The notes beneath the pieces are model-generated. The model made no database searches. It was given only the letters and a program-made list of their open reading frames with translations, and had not been told where the DNA came from. From Oopsacas minuta (taxonomy: Eukaryota; Animalia; Porifera), in contig JAKMXF010000011.1 of the NCBI GenBank assembly GCA_024704765.1, positions 727,557-791,556 on the forward strand: a stretch of 64,000 nucleotides of DNA, read 5' to 3'. The translations under genes and the position numbers were made by a program. Positions 13,334-24,168 of the stretch are shown piece by piece. Numbering within the stretch: the first letter of the stretch is position 1; every line of letters begins with the position of its first letter.

Positions 13334-14908
13334 ATGGCTTCGCTTGAAAAATCAACTTTAAAGGTATGTATAACAGGAGCAGGTGGACAGATATCCTATT
13401 CACTTCTATATATGATTTGTGATGGTAAAATGTTTGGTAAAGATCAACCAGTAACATTGACGTTGCTAGAAATACCAGTAGTATTAGATGTTGTAAAAGG
13501 GGTGATACTAGAATTGGAAGATTGTGGTCTACACCTGTTGAAGTCTGCTATAGCAACAGCTGATCCCAGAGTATGTATATTGATATATAAGGCCCTGTTA
13601 ATAATGAGGAAATTGTTTCAGCTCCACATGTTGCTGGCGGGCGGTATTTCATTATTCTTATCTCAATATTTTTTAACGTTATTATATTGCTAGTGCGTAA
13701 CTAGCATTGAAGCCTAGGAAGCAGTTGCCTCCTCGCTTTTTCGGGCGTTGCCTCATATCCCTATCGTACTCGCCATAATTCTGAGGCAAATATTCATCCT
13801 TGCCTCCTCGCTCTGGAATCTCTAGTTACGCCTCAGTATACTACCGCGCTGAGCGACAACTTAGTGCCTCGGGTTGGCTTAGTAATAAACAGCTAAATTT
13901 CTTTGTGCTTTTGGCGTGTAAAAAGAGGTCTGTGAAGATAAAATCACTACTATTCATCCGTTAGTTATAGTAAATATATTGTGTAGTTGAATTTCACAGA
14001 GAAAATGGTGAAATACTGGCAAAATTCATTTGACAGTAAACTTGATGCGGGTGGTAGAGTTGAAGCAAACAATTCTTACAACGTAGTCTTAATTAAAACA
14101 TATAAAAATTATAATTCAAATATTTTAGGAAGCGTTCGATAAAGTAGACGTTGTACTGATGGTAGGAGCATTCCCTAGAAAGGAAGGAATGGAGAGAGCT
14201 GAGCTCTTACAGAGAAACGCAGGTATTTTCAAAGATCACGGTGCTATCATTAACGACATAGCAAAGAAGGAAGTTAAAGTGTTAGTAGTCGGTAATCCAG
14301 CTAACACTAACTGCCTAATAGCAAGCACTCTTGCTCCATCTATCGCTAAGAAGAATTTCAGTTGTCTAACACGACTTGACCATAACAGAGCTGTAGCGCA
14401 AACAGCTGCTAAACTCGGAATACCTACTTGTGACGTCAAGAAGATTACTATATGGGGTAACCATTCTAATACACAATTCCCAGATTTAGCACATGGTGAA
14501 GTGAATGTGGGTGGAGTTAAAAAGCCTGCGTTAATTGCCCTGTCTGATGATGCATGGGCAAATGGTGAGTTTATAACGACAGTACAAACTCGTGGAGCGG
14601 CGATTATAAAAGCTAGGAAGCTTTCATCTGCTATGTCCGCTGCACAGGCTATTTGTGATCATATGAGAGATTGGTATTTCGGGACCATGGATGATAACTG
14701 GGTTTCTATGGGGGTTTGTTCTGATGGAAATCCATACGGTATTCCCGATGGTCTTATCTTCTCGTTTCCTGTCCGTATCAAAAATGGTACTTGGGAATTT
14801 GTGCCTGGCTTAACCTTCTCTGATTTCGCACGTGGTAAGCTTGATGTTACTGTTAAGGAATTGATGGAAGAGAAGAGCGTTGCGTTTGAATTTCTCGGAG
14901 TAAAATAG
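13334..14908 (+). CDS. MDH1: Cytosolic malate dehydrogenase, 2 exons
   Basis: Exons 13334-13570 and 14129-14908; [64 protein letters not shown]. Confidence 0.97.
13692..13836. mobile_element. hAT-like MITE remnant in MDH1 intron
   Basis: Inverted repeat gcgtaactag / ctagttacgc and an internal direct repeat ttgcctcctcgct. Confidence 0.5.
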
Positions 14909-15440
14909 AGAAGTTATTCAGGAAATTATTAGAGTTAGATTGTTCATTGTTTATAGATAGGAATCTTAAGGAATAATTTGATATCGATATACTAGGAAAT
15001 TATTTAGACATTATCAATGTATTATTTTTGTTATTGTGTTATTCAATAGCTGTCTCAGACCCGAATCTGTATGTAATTGGATTGAGCAAAAAGAATTGAA
15101 TTTCGGTTAATCGAAAATCCGCTATTTTTTTGACATATTTTGTGTACCCCCTGCTGTCCTCCGTGGCCACCAAAGGGGCGGTGAGAACCGCTAATCTATT
15201 GTATATTAATGTTATTACTATGACCTTTATAAATGCGAAATCCTGGGATTATCTTCCCTCTATTTACACTTAAGGAACAATTCAATTTATTACATAATTA
15301 CATTAGACATACAAAATAATAATGATAAAAGCGAAACAGCTGTATATAAGTATAGAATGGAGCCTGGATGTATCCATGGTTCGCTTGTTCTAATGCAGAA
15401 ATTGCCAATAAGTTAATTAATAACTGTTCCTTTATCCATC

Positions 15441-16427
15441 TCACTCCTCTTGAATTAATGCTTGACTTAATTCAGTGTTTCCTCTCACTTCTCTGCAATA
15501 TGTTACCATATTCCCCAATAGTCCGACTATAGTCAAACCCAGATGTACCACTGTCATTATGACTAACGGCGTGTAGAGTATGTTAATTGTGATATCCAAA
15601 ATGATAGCTATCTGTTCTGTTGAATTACTCTTTTGAAATAAAGGTTGACACGCACATGCATCGGTAAAATAGTCTATGAATAGCTCAGCTAAGTTTAGAG
15701 GTAGACTAACTAATAAGAAAAATAATCCGAAAAGAAGTGTAGCGAATAATTTAAGATTAAATATCCTCTTCTCTTCCCATTTTATTTGATCACGAATTGT
15801 ACTTGATTGTTTTAGCTTCGCTTTAATAATTCTGTATAGTTTTCTTTCATTCAAAATTAGCCAAAAATACTCGATAATGATAAGAATTATTACCAAAATT
15901 TCTACCCAAATAAATGTGCAGGCTGATAAACTTACAATCAGGAAAATTACGATTTTAAACAAGTTCAGTATTATTAACACTTTTACAAGGCGAAAATCTC
16001 TCAAACCCGAATATATTCTGTGGAAAAATATCGTAGTAGCATTCGCGAAAGAAAACATTAACAAGAGGCATAAGTGAGATAAACCGTCGCATAAATGTTC
16101 GGTTTCTATAAAAGCATTTTCTGGGTCAATCGAACAATTGTCATGATCATTCACATGAATATATTGTTGTCCAGAGTTGAACAGAGCAGCCAATGTACCG
16201 AATATTAACGTTATCAGTAAGAGGGAAAGTTTTGCGAGATTATAACTGATCTTATTTTGTCTGATATTACGAGATAACCAGTCTCTATTGTGATGAGAAC
16301 AGGCACGAAATAGTTTTATTATCAGAATTGTTGTCCAGATAGTAGAGGGAATAATAAGCAAGAATGTGAATAATATTGGAATTAACCGTGTGTAGCCTGT
16401 AATCTCCTTCAATGTATAGTTTAACAT
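15441..16427 (-). CDS. Orphan 7-transmembrane (GPCR-like) protein, intronless
   Basis: 328-aa ORF with seven hydrophobic segments, Cys residues in the loop before segment 3 and a basic loop between segments 5 and 6; no canonical DRY or NPxxY. Confidence 0.7.
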   Translation of the reverse strand: MLNYTLKEITGYTRLIPILFTFLLIIPSTIWTTILIIKLFRACSHHNRDWLSRNIRQNKISYNLAKLSLLLITLIFGTLAALFNSGQQYIHVNDHDNCSIDPENAFIETEHLCDGLSHLCLLLMFSFANATTIFFHRIYSGLRDFRLVKVLIILNLFKIVIFLIVSLSACTFIWVEILVIILIIIEYFWLILNERKLYRIIKAKLKQSSTIRDQIKWEEKRIFNLKLFATLLFGLFFLLVSLPLNLAELFIDYFTDACACQPLFQKSNSTEQIAIILDITINILYTPLVIMTVVHLGLTIVGLLGNMVTYCREVRGNTELSQALIQEE

Positions 16428-16749
16428 TTCAATGAATTGGTTTGTAGCTTAATTGTATTAATCCTATCTTTATATAAATGATGGCTTATGTTTCATGTGA
16501 TTGTATCATGTTAACTTCAATTCGTGATTACACAATCTATCAAACAGATTATATATTCCTCTTAGAATTTTTTTTTTGGAATGTGAACTAATTACTCAAT
16601 GCATTTGATTTCGTGTTTAGAAATTTATAACGGTAAATTTCCTAATTATAACCCCTAGGGGTATAAACCTTGAGTAATCTTCCATTTTAATTTATCCTAT
16701 TAGAATTATATAAATGTATTAAAATAAATATGTTTATTGTTCAAATCAA

Positions 16750-17814
16750 ATGTGTGTTAATATTACTACTGTAGGTAAAGATTCTATCGGACAGCAAAAA
16801 TCTTTACTTTCAATTCCAGCGTATGTTTGTGTTTGTTTCATTTCAATATGTGGCTTGCTTGCGATAATATGGGCTACGTATCTGTTCACTCGTTTGTTAG
16901 GAGGTCTGTGTTGCAGTGGAAAGACAAATGAATACAGAATTGAAGGTAATATTGTCGAAAAGGCTAACAGTTCAATTAAAACTCAGCAAAACATACTTCT
17001 TCTCCTAGCTTCAATTTCATTGATATTATCAATACTTTTCGGCTCTTCTGGTAATTATCATTTAATACAAGGATACAATCACTCAGGTGCTACTATGAAT
17101 TGTCTTTCCAAATTCGAAGATTACTACAAAATATATTACAGAATGTCCTTATATTGTTACGCGTTGGTAATGGCAGGCTGTTTTTCCGGTATAATCCATA
17201 TTTTAACAAATTTGTACATCAAGGTATATACCTCTAACATAACTCGAAATCAAGATAGTCTCCAAACGGCAGTTTTATTCATATTCGCGGCATTAGCACT
17301 GCTAGGTATTTCAGTACCATATAGTACATTCTATACGAGCGTTGCTGTATTGATAAGTTTGGTTGCCAACCCTCTATTTATATGTTATAGGTTATATAAG
17401 CTAAATGGGTTACTTCTGAAGCACCAGGATGAAGCAATTGATCTCTACCAAAACTTGCGATTATGTCGTGAAATACGTCGTGAAAGATTGGAGTTTATAT
17501 TCCTCGCTATTCCAATATGTGCTATACATATATTTGCAGTATTTCAATTCGCGTGTATTATTGCTCTATCAAGCTATTATACGAGGATTGCTTGCTATGA
17601 ACCAAAGCTTTTAGATAAATATAAAACTAAAATAAGTTTCGCGATTATGCAATCCATAATTTACGTTATAACTATTGCTATTAGCCTGGTTTTTATTTTG
17701 TCAGGAGTTATATATACGATATACTTCATTAGCAAAGGTATTCGTTCCAAACCACAGTTTAAGAAATATGTTGTTGGTGAAGAGCTGGGACAACCGTTAA
17801 TAACTAACAATTGA
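16750..17814 (+). CDS. Orphan 7-transmembrane (GPCR-like) protein, intronless
   Basis: 354-aa ORF with seven hydrophobic segments and the same topology as the divergent neighbour; C-terminus ELGQPLI. Confidence 0.7.
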   Translation: MCVNITTVGKDSIGQQKSLLSIPAYVCVCFISICGLLAIIWATYLFTRLLGGLCCSGKTNEYRIEGNIVEKANSSIKTQQNILLLLASISLILSILFGSSGNYHLIQGYNHSGATMNCLSKFEDYYKIYYRMSLYCYALVMAGCFSGIIHILTNLYIKVYTSNITRNQDSLQTAVLFIFAALALLGISVPYSTFYTSVAVLISLVANPLFICYRLYKLNGLLLKHQDEAIDLYQNLRLCREIRRERLEFIFLAIPICAIHIFAVFQFACIIALSSYYTRIACYEPKLLDKYKTKISFAIMQSIIYVITIAISLVFILSGVIYTIYFISKGIRSKPQFKKYVVGEELGQPLITNN

Positions 17815-17831
17815 TGTATTAACGGAACTGT

Positions 17832-17878
17832 TTTTGTATTCTTGTATTTTTGTATTCTTGTATTTTTGTATTTTTGTA
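17832..17878. repeat. Short imperfect tandem repeat (ttttgta/tcttgta) in 3' flank
   Basis: tttttgtattcttgtatttttgtattcttgtatttttgtatttttgta. Confidence 0.6.
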
Positions 17879-18219
17879 GATATTCTTATGAGTTTAATAA
17901 TATGCATTTTTATGTATCTTTTTATTTGCATGGAATAATCCGCATTATATTGTAACATTGAAGCAGTTAGGGTTGGTCTAACGGGCTGTGATAGTTCCGA
18001 ACGATGAACACCAATTAGTATGGAAATACGCTATACAACATCGAAAGGTCACTTCTCAAAAAATCCTGGTAAAATCACCTTTGCTATCAAAATAATACTA
18101 GCAAAATGATCCGATTAAGCGCGATAAAGGTGTCTATTTTATTAGAAAACTTAAAATACGTAATTTCCTCTCAATGAATGCTATTTTAAGTAATTTTTAA
18201 TTATATTACAAGTCTAGCT

Positions 18220-18498
18220 ATGAGTAGAATTCCATCCCTATTAAAATCTATTATGAACGAACTCTCAAAAATAGAATCTACATCCAGTAATCGAGTCATA
18301 ATAAAAGACTACTTAAAGTCACAATATTCAGAGGTAACGCACTGCAAAGAAAAGTTATTTTTCAGTGCTTATAATGATTATCTAATAAGTGGAAGAAAGC
18401 TAAGGAAATTAAATGGAAAATATGCAAAAGGTGAAAGGAGCATAGCAGAAACAGCGGAGATGGTAGGGCTAAAATTACCCATAACAAAAAGTGAATAA
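18220..18498 (+). CDS. FMC1: FMC1 homologue (mitochondrial ATP synthase assembly factor)
   Basis: 92 aa; C-terminal KGERSIAETAEMVGLKLP matches the FMC1/C7orf55 signature KGERSVEESAGLVGLKLP. Confidence 0.85.
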   Translation: MSRIPSLLKSIMNELSKIESTSSNRVIIKDYLKSQYSEVTHCKEKLFFSAYNDYLISGRKLRKLNGKYAKGERSIAETAEMVGLKLPITKSE

Positions 18499-19220
18499 TA
18501 CATAATTAGTAATTATTTTAAGTTTAATCATATTATTATCGTGTAATAAATGGTAATATCTTTGTTTAGTGTTTTATTACAGATTCTGGTAATATTATAT
18601 CAATTTATATTACATATTATCCTATTATGTAATTTTTAAGATAATTTTCTTATTTTATTTGGGATATTATAGCCAATATAGCCAGTTTAACCTGTTTGCC
18701 TTGAAATCTATTATTACAACAAATTTCCCTTTATGAAATTCTAAATTTGTGTAGGACAAACTTTAATCGCAATCGCTACGGAGGTTATTATTTTCGTTGA
18801 TGAGTTTATTTCAGTATTGTAATTATGCTATTACTAATGTTAAGGTCTATTGAAGTAGCTAGAGTTGGGTCTTAGCTTGGCCTAAAATTTCTATGACAGA
18901 AAAGTACACATATTTTCCATGAAATTACAAATTTCGTACATTTTTGGAAAACAGTGGAAAAGATAGGAAAGTCATGATAATTACGAAATATACGAATATA
19001 ACAAGTACCTTCAAGATGAAATACTAATCTCAAAAGTGATTTTTTGATACTTTTGTTATACATTTTGTGAGTCAGTATTCTCTATAGTTTCACTATCCGG
19101 TCCCGTTGCGAACGAATAAATAATTCGTCCATTCCCAACTATCCGATTATTTTCTATTTCCAATTTTTTATACTTCTTACTGAAATATTTTGCCGTTCTA
19201 TCAATATTGTCTCCTTAGCG

Positions 19221-19811
19221 ATGAGTAGTGCCAATAGCTATGGAAAAGGTATTTGGCATCCGTCTGGATATTATGGTGCGTATATGAGCAAAACCAGACT
19301 TGATTTCGATAACAAATTTAGAAAATCCGTAAGACCAATTCCTCCTTCACAATTTGAGAATCGTTACACTACTCATTCTTCAAAACATCCATTTTCAGCA
19401 CACGATAATAGACATACATTTCAAAACCATGGTAGTTATTTTGGTAAAGATACTTTCATTGGAAAACGTAAAATAACTGGACGTAGCTATTCAGCTCAAA
19501 AGGGTATTTTAAACTGGAAACATGAACATAATAGTAATAATAATAATGTATTCCAGGGTGCTGAATACCTCCCTCATCTATCTATAAGAGATCCTCTATT
19601 CATTCACAAAGATAATGACATATTCCCATCTTCAAAGCTTGCACTAAAGAGTGCGTACCAAGACGCTTTCTGCATGGATGCCTATCTCCATCGTATCTAT
19701 CAACCACCGAATGAATATGATATAGAACCGATCATGAAGTCGACATATAAGAAAGCGTACAACGGTTCACGTCACAATTCACCCTGGACCTCTAGACACT
19801 CTACTCACTAG
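19221..19811 (+). CDS. HDNR-motif protein (TEX36-like, probable ciliary/axonemal)
   Basis: 196 aa; HPFSAHDNRH..GSYFG..GKRK resembles the HDNR domain of TEX36 (PFSVHDNRH..GCYLD..GRKK). Confidence 0.55.
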   Translation: MSSANSYGKGIWHPSGYYGAYMSKTRLDFDNKFRKSVRPIPPSQFENRYTTHSSKHPFSAHDNRHTFQNHGSYFGKDTFIGKRKITGRSYSAQKGILNWKHEHNSNNNNVFQGAEYLPHLSIRDPLFIHKDNDIFPSSKLALKSAYQDAFCMDAYLHRIYQPPNEYDIEPIMKSTYKKAYNGSRHNSPWTSRHSTH

Positions 19812-20240
19812 TTGATATCCGTACATTTTATTTATATACACTCCGTATACCACTTATATTGTTATTTATGCTTTATTTATGAACTATCACATTTTTTGCG
19901 ATATTATTGTTATTAGACCATTTTTAGTTGGAAACTTGTTTCAGCTCCACCGCCCGCATCAAGTTTAACTGACGCATGAATATTGCTGTGTTCCACTATT
20001 TCCTCTGTGAAATTCAACTACACAGTATATTTACTAACTGACGGGTGAATAATAGTGATATTATCTTCACAGGCTGGTTAATTAACATATTTCTAAGTAG
20101 AGTCATTAAGAGTTTTCACCCGCCCGCATACCTATGTGGAGCTGAAACAAGTTTCTCATTAACAGGGCTTTATATGGGAAAACAAACATCCGCTATCTCG
20201 AATAGATTTAAATTTCAATGCATTAGATAGACACACTATA

Positions 20241-21840
20241 ATGCATGGATTGTTTAACTATTCTACAACAAGTCCTGTATCCATACCCGGAGGAGGATTT
20301 GTTAAAGAAGTACTCAACTATTCAAGTGAGTATGGGAGATTTCAAGCATATACTGTCTCTAACATAGTCGGTGAACCTCGTCGTTACCCAAAATATGGCG
20401 ATTTTGTTTCTTCAATGGTGTTACGTACATATGGGAAATGGTGGAAGACTGCTCCGATGGCTAGTAAACCTTTTGGTGTACCTCATGAAGGAGTGGAGAG
20501 TCAGGATTTCTTAGAGGTACTCTTTGATAAACAGGTGTATCCTAAGGAAGTACGATTCTATGAAACGTATAATCCAGGTGGGTAGCAGGCGCAGGGGTAT
20601 GGGAATACTTGTACAAACTTGTAAAAATTCATGAGATTTCTTTTGAGTAAAATTTTTTCCAAATATTTAGTTGAATATCTATAATTTTCAAATACAGTCA
20701 ACTCCCATTATATCGAGGCTCAAGGGAACGCGCTATATGAAATTTATGGTACTTTGACGATTTGGGGCCATATTTGTACAATTTCTGACTCCGATATAGC
20801 GGGTATTTGGATATATCTGTGTAGGTATAAGAAGAGTTGACTGTATTACGATTGTAGGTTGTATTGTTCGAATTTACGCTTGTAACAGTAATCATGATGG
20901 TGACTTCAAGACTGGAGAAATTAGATGGGCATTATTATGGCAAGGACCTCCACAATCTAAAGAGTGTATTGCTGAATCGCGAATATTCTCACCTCCACTC
21001 AACAAGATTGATTTCCCTACCAATCTGATTCGGGTAGAGTTTGACTGTCAGTACAGTGATTATTATACTGAATTGGATGGCATTGCTTTAGTAGGCACTG
21101 AGCCTTCTAGCAAACAAACAGTTGAAGATAGAGCACTTGGATTTACAATTGAGAATACTTGCAAATTACTGAAACAGGTAAAATAGTACAATTTTGATTT
21201 TCTTGAGATACATTTAGCTAAAACTTGTTGTATAGGTTTCTATAGAACAATCAGCAAAGAAAGAGGAAAAAGTTTCTCCATTATCAGCAGCTAAAGAACA
21301 AGATATCGATTATTTCTCTCGTCTCCCTATTGAGACTATTTCAAAGATTCTAATCTATTTAGGCTTAAAAGATCTTTGTAGTATAGCTTGTACAAACACA
21401 AAGTTTTTGTATTTAGCTTACGATCCCTTATTATATCAAGAAATTGATTTACAACCTTTCTGGGTATCTCTAGATGATATTGCATTGCAATCTTTACAGT
21501 TAAGAACACAGAACTTAGTGAAAACAAGCTTTAGTTGGACAGGTTAGGAAATTACACTTAGAAGAGTATGTACTCTGTAGTTTGATATAGTAATCAGCTA
21601 TACTAACATTAACTACGCCAAATTCGTGAAACTTCCCCCCGATAACACCTTGGAATATGTCCCTAATGCATAGTTTCTATTTTTGCGAAAAGTTTAGTCA
21701 ACTCCCATTATAGTGAAGCTCAAGAGATCGCAACAATAGCTTATAAGTTCATACATAGCCGATGAAACAAATGCTACTTTGACAGTTTGGGACCATATTT
21801 GTACAATTCCAGCCTTTGATATGTCGGGAAATTCGATAGA

Positions 21841-21873
<33 letters not shown>

Positions 21874-22729
21874 TATAACGGGCGTTGACCGTAAGTGATT
21901 TAACTGAAAGTATAGTTACAAAATTCTTACTTTTTCTACAGGAGCTGGCGGTCAGATTTCAGAGAGTGTATTTCACGATTTCATATCAAACTCTGGAAGC
22001 AATTTAGAAGTATTACGGTTGGGTTGTTGCCGTTTTATCACATGCGAAACTTTACAAATTATATCGAAAACCTGCACGAAACTTGAAGAATTAGATTTAC
22101 AAGCTTGTATCCATCTAAAACCCTCTTCATTTCTACCAATCAAGAATCTGGTCAAATTGAAAAAGTTAGATTTATATCGTTGTTCTATTACAGATACAAT
22201 TCTGATTGAAATTTTAGCGAATTGTGCTGAGATTGAATATCTAAATATAGGAGCTACTGTCATGACTAGCATGGATGCTATCGCGATACAATTGGGTAAA
22301 ACCTGTCATAATTTAAAAGCTATTGACCTTTGGCGTAGTAATATAACAACTAAGGGGTTGATAGCTTTATCAGACTGTAAGGAATTATTGGAGGTTGATA
22401 TTGGCTGGACTAAGGCTTCAAAAGAATTGCACGGGATAATTCATTTAGTGAAATGTTGTGTTAAACTAAAGAAACTATTTTTAACTTTTTGTCCTGTTTC
22501 AAATCCTGAGTTGATGAATTCCATAGCTAATAATCTCCATGGTTTAGAGCAGCTAGACTTGCTCGGTAGTCAATCGTTATCTGTTGAGTCTATTGAGAAT
22601 ATGTTCAAGAAATGTCAAAAATTGAAATTTGTTGATCTTTCGTTTTGTCGTCATTTTACAGTTGAAGTTGTTGATACTTTGAGAAAATCTTATACTCATA
22701 TTGATATAAAACGGAGCTTCCAAGATTAA
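20241..22729 (+). CDS. FBXL4: F-box/LRR-repeat protein 4, 4 exons
   Basis: Exons 20241-20577, 20858-21177, 21236-21542 and 21942-22729; RTYGKWW, SQDFLEV.F...VYP...ETYNPG, PTNLIRVE..YYTELD, F-box (LPIETISKIL) and Cys-containing LRRs. Confidence 0.93.
20695..20843. mobile_element. MITE family A
   Basis: TA-cagtcaactccc...gagttgactg-TA in FBXL4 intron 1. Confidence 0.85.
21695..21891. mobile_element. MITE family A containing a (TG)15 microsatellite
   Basis: agtcaactccc...gggcgttgaccg-TA; TG run at 21843-21872. Confidence 0.8.
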
Positions 22730-22853
22730 GCGTGTGTTTACATGCGTTTTCTCTATTTTCTTGTATATACTTATCGAACTATTTCCATACTTTTATTTTA
22801 TTGACTTATTTTTTGGTATTGGACATGTGAATTATATTTACAAATATCGTATG

Positions 22854-23804
22854 TAGGGTTTTTAATCCCGGGATCCCGGAAATTTCCGGGAATCCCTAGA
22901 TAAATGATGATAGTTATCTCTCTAGCAATAATTAAATTTGATAATTATATCATAGTCTGATAGAATGAAAAGGGTAAGACTGAAATATTGACATTTTGAT
23001 TTAATAATGCTTAGATTTCTGGTAATATCTTGGCGTAATTGCTGACCATATTTTAGCACTTGATCTCTTATTCCGACAACCGATCTTGGTAGTGAATGTC
23101 CTAGTGCAGCAAGAGATTTTCTCAAGTCCATTGATGTAGTAAATATATTAAATGAAAGCCCATCGCAAGCTGTCATCCTGGCTAACACAGCTGGTAGGCT
23201 AGCGTCGTTCATGTAATAATATAATTTCCTAACCGCACACATATGTGAGATAGCACTTTCTTCATTATTTGAGCGTTTCAATAAATCAATTTGGTGTAAG
23301 ATGATTGTGTAGCCCCTTTGTTGATCCTCCTTCGCATTTAAGTACCTTTTTACAGGAATTAACCTCAGCTAATTTCCCACATACTGAGCGCTTAAAATGG
23401 CTCCAAATTTTAGATCTTGCAAAATATTGAAACATAACTTTTCCAGCCATTCAAGGTACGATATAACGGTAATGCAACAAATACGATTTAGAATGAAGTT
23501 GAGGCTTTTCGGACGATTCACCTTATATTTGAAGTGTGAATAGCTAGGATGGCTGAGTGGTATCTTACAAGTTTGCTTGGATTCTCTGACTTGTTAAGCA
23601 TTTATTAATTTTGGTGTCTTATTCGTATTGAAAACATATTTCATTCAATAATAACACTACGAAACCAATCAAATCCCTAAATCATTTCAACGCAATTACA
23701 CAAATGTGCATAATGATCATAGCATGTCAATATGCAATCAAGAAGATATCCCGGGAATTGGTCCCGAAACAATAACCTTCGGGGTCCCGGGATTAAAAAC
23801 CCTA
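22854..23804 (-). mobile_element. Internally deleted hAT DNA transposon with BED-finger/transposase remnant
   Basis: 25-bp TIRs (tagggtttttaatcccggga[t/c]cccg) and 8-bp TSD atcgtatg / atcatatg. The minus strand encodes SKIWSHF..CKKVLKCEGGSTKGLHNHL (BED) then, after a stop/frameshift, LARMTACDGLSFNIFTTSMDLR..LPRS..IR..FSLT (hAT transposase N-terminal part). Confidence 0.9.
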
Positions 23805-23946
23805 ATCATATGAGGTCTTATTTATAAATTATTATCATAACTTTTATTCTTTTTGATTCTTTATGAGACCATATATAGTATTATATATGGATGTATTGGG
23901 AGTATTGTTTATAGAATAATGCTGTATCTGTGCTGTAAGAGCAATA

Positions 23947-24118
23947 CAGTCAACTCGCGTTATATCGATCTCTCTCGGGGTCGTGATAATTTCTTCGATA
24001 TAACCGATGAAAATTATGTTACTTTTACGTTTTGGGGCCATATTTGTACAATTTAATACTTTGATGTTTGAGCGGGCATTTCTATATATCCATGTTCGAT
24101 ATAACGGGGAGTTGACTG
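23947..24118. mobile_element. MITE family A immediately upstream of the tubulin start
   Basis: TA-cagtcaactcgcgttatatcg...ataacggggagttgactg-TA. Confidence 0.88.
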
Positions 24119-24168
24119 TACTTGATTTATTTAGTTATTTTCCAATTATTCCTTTATCACTATACACA

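Noticed and set aside
23844-24056. Overlapping 65-67-aa ORFs on both strands
   Set aside because: They largely overlap a family-A MITE; similar spurious ORFs arise at 20698-20895 and in the tail of 10593-10892
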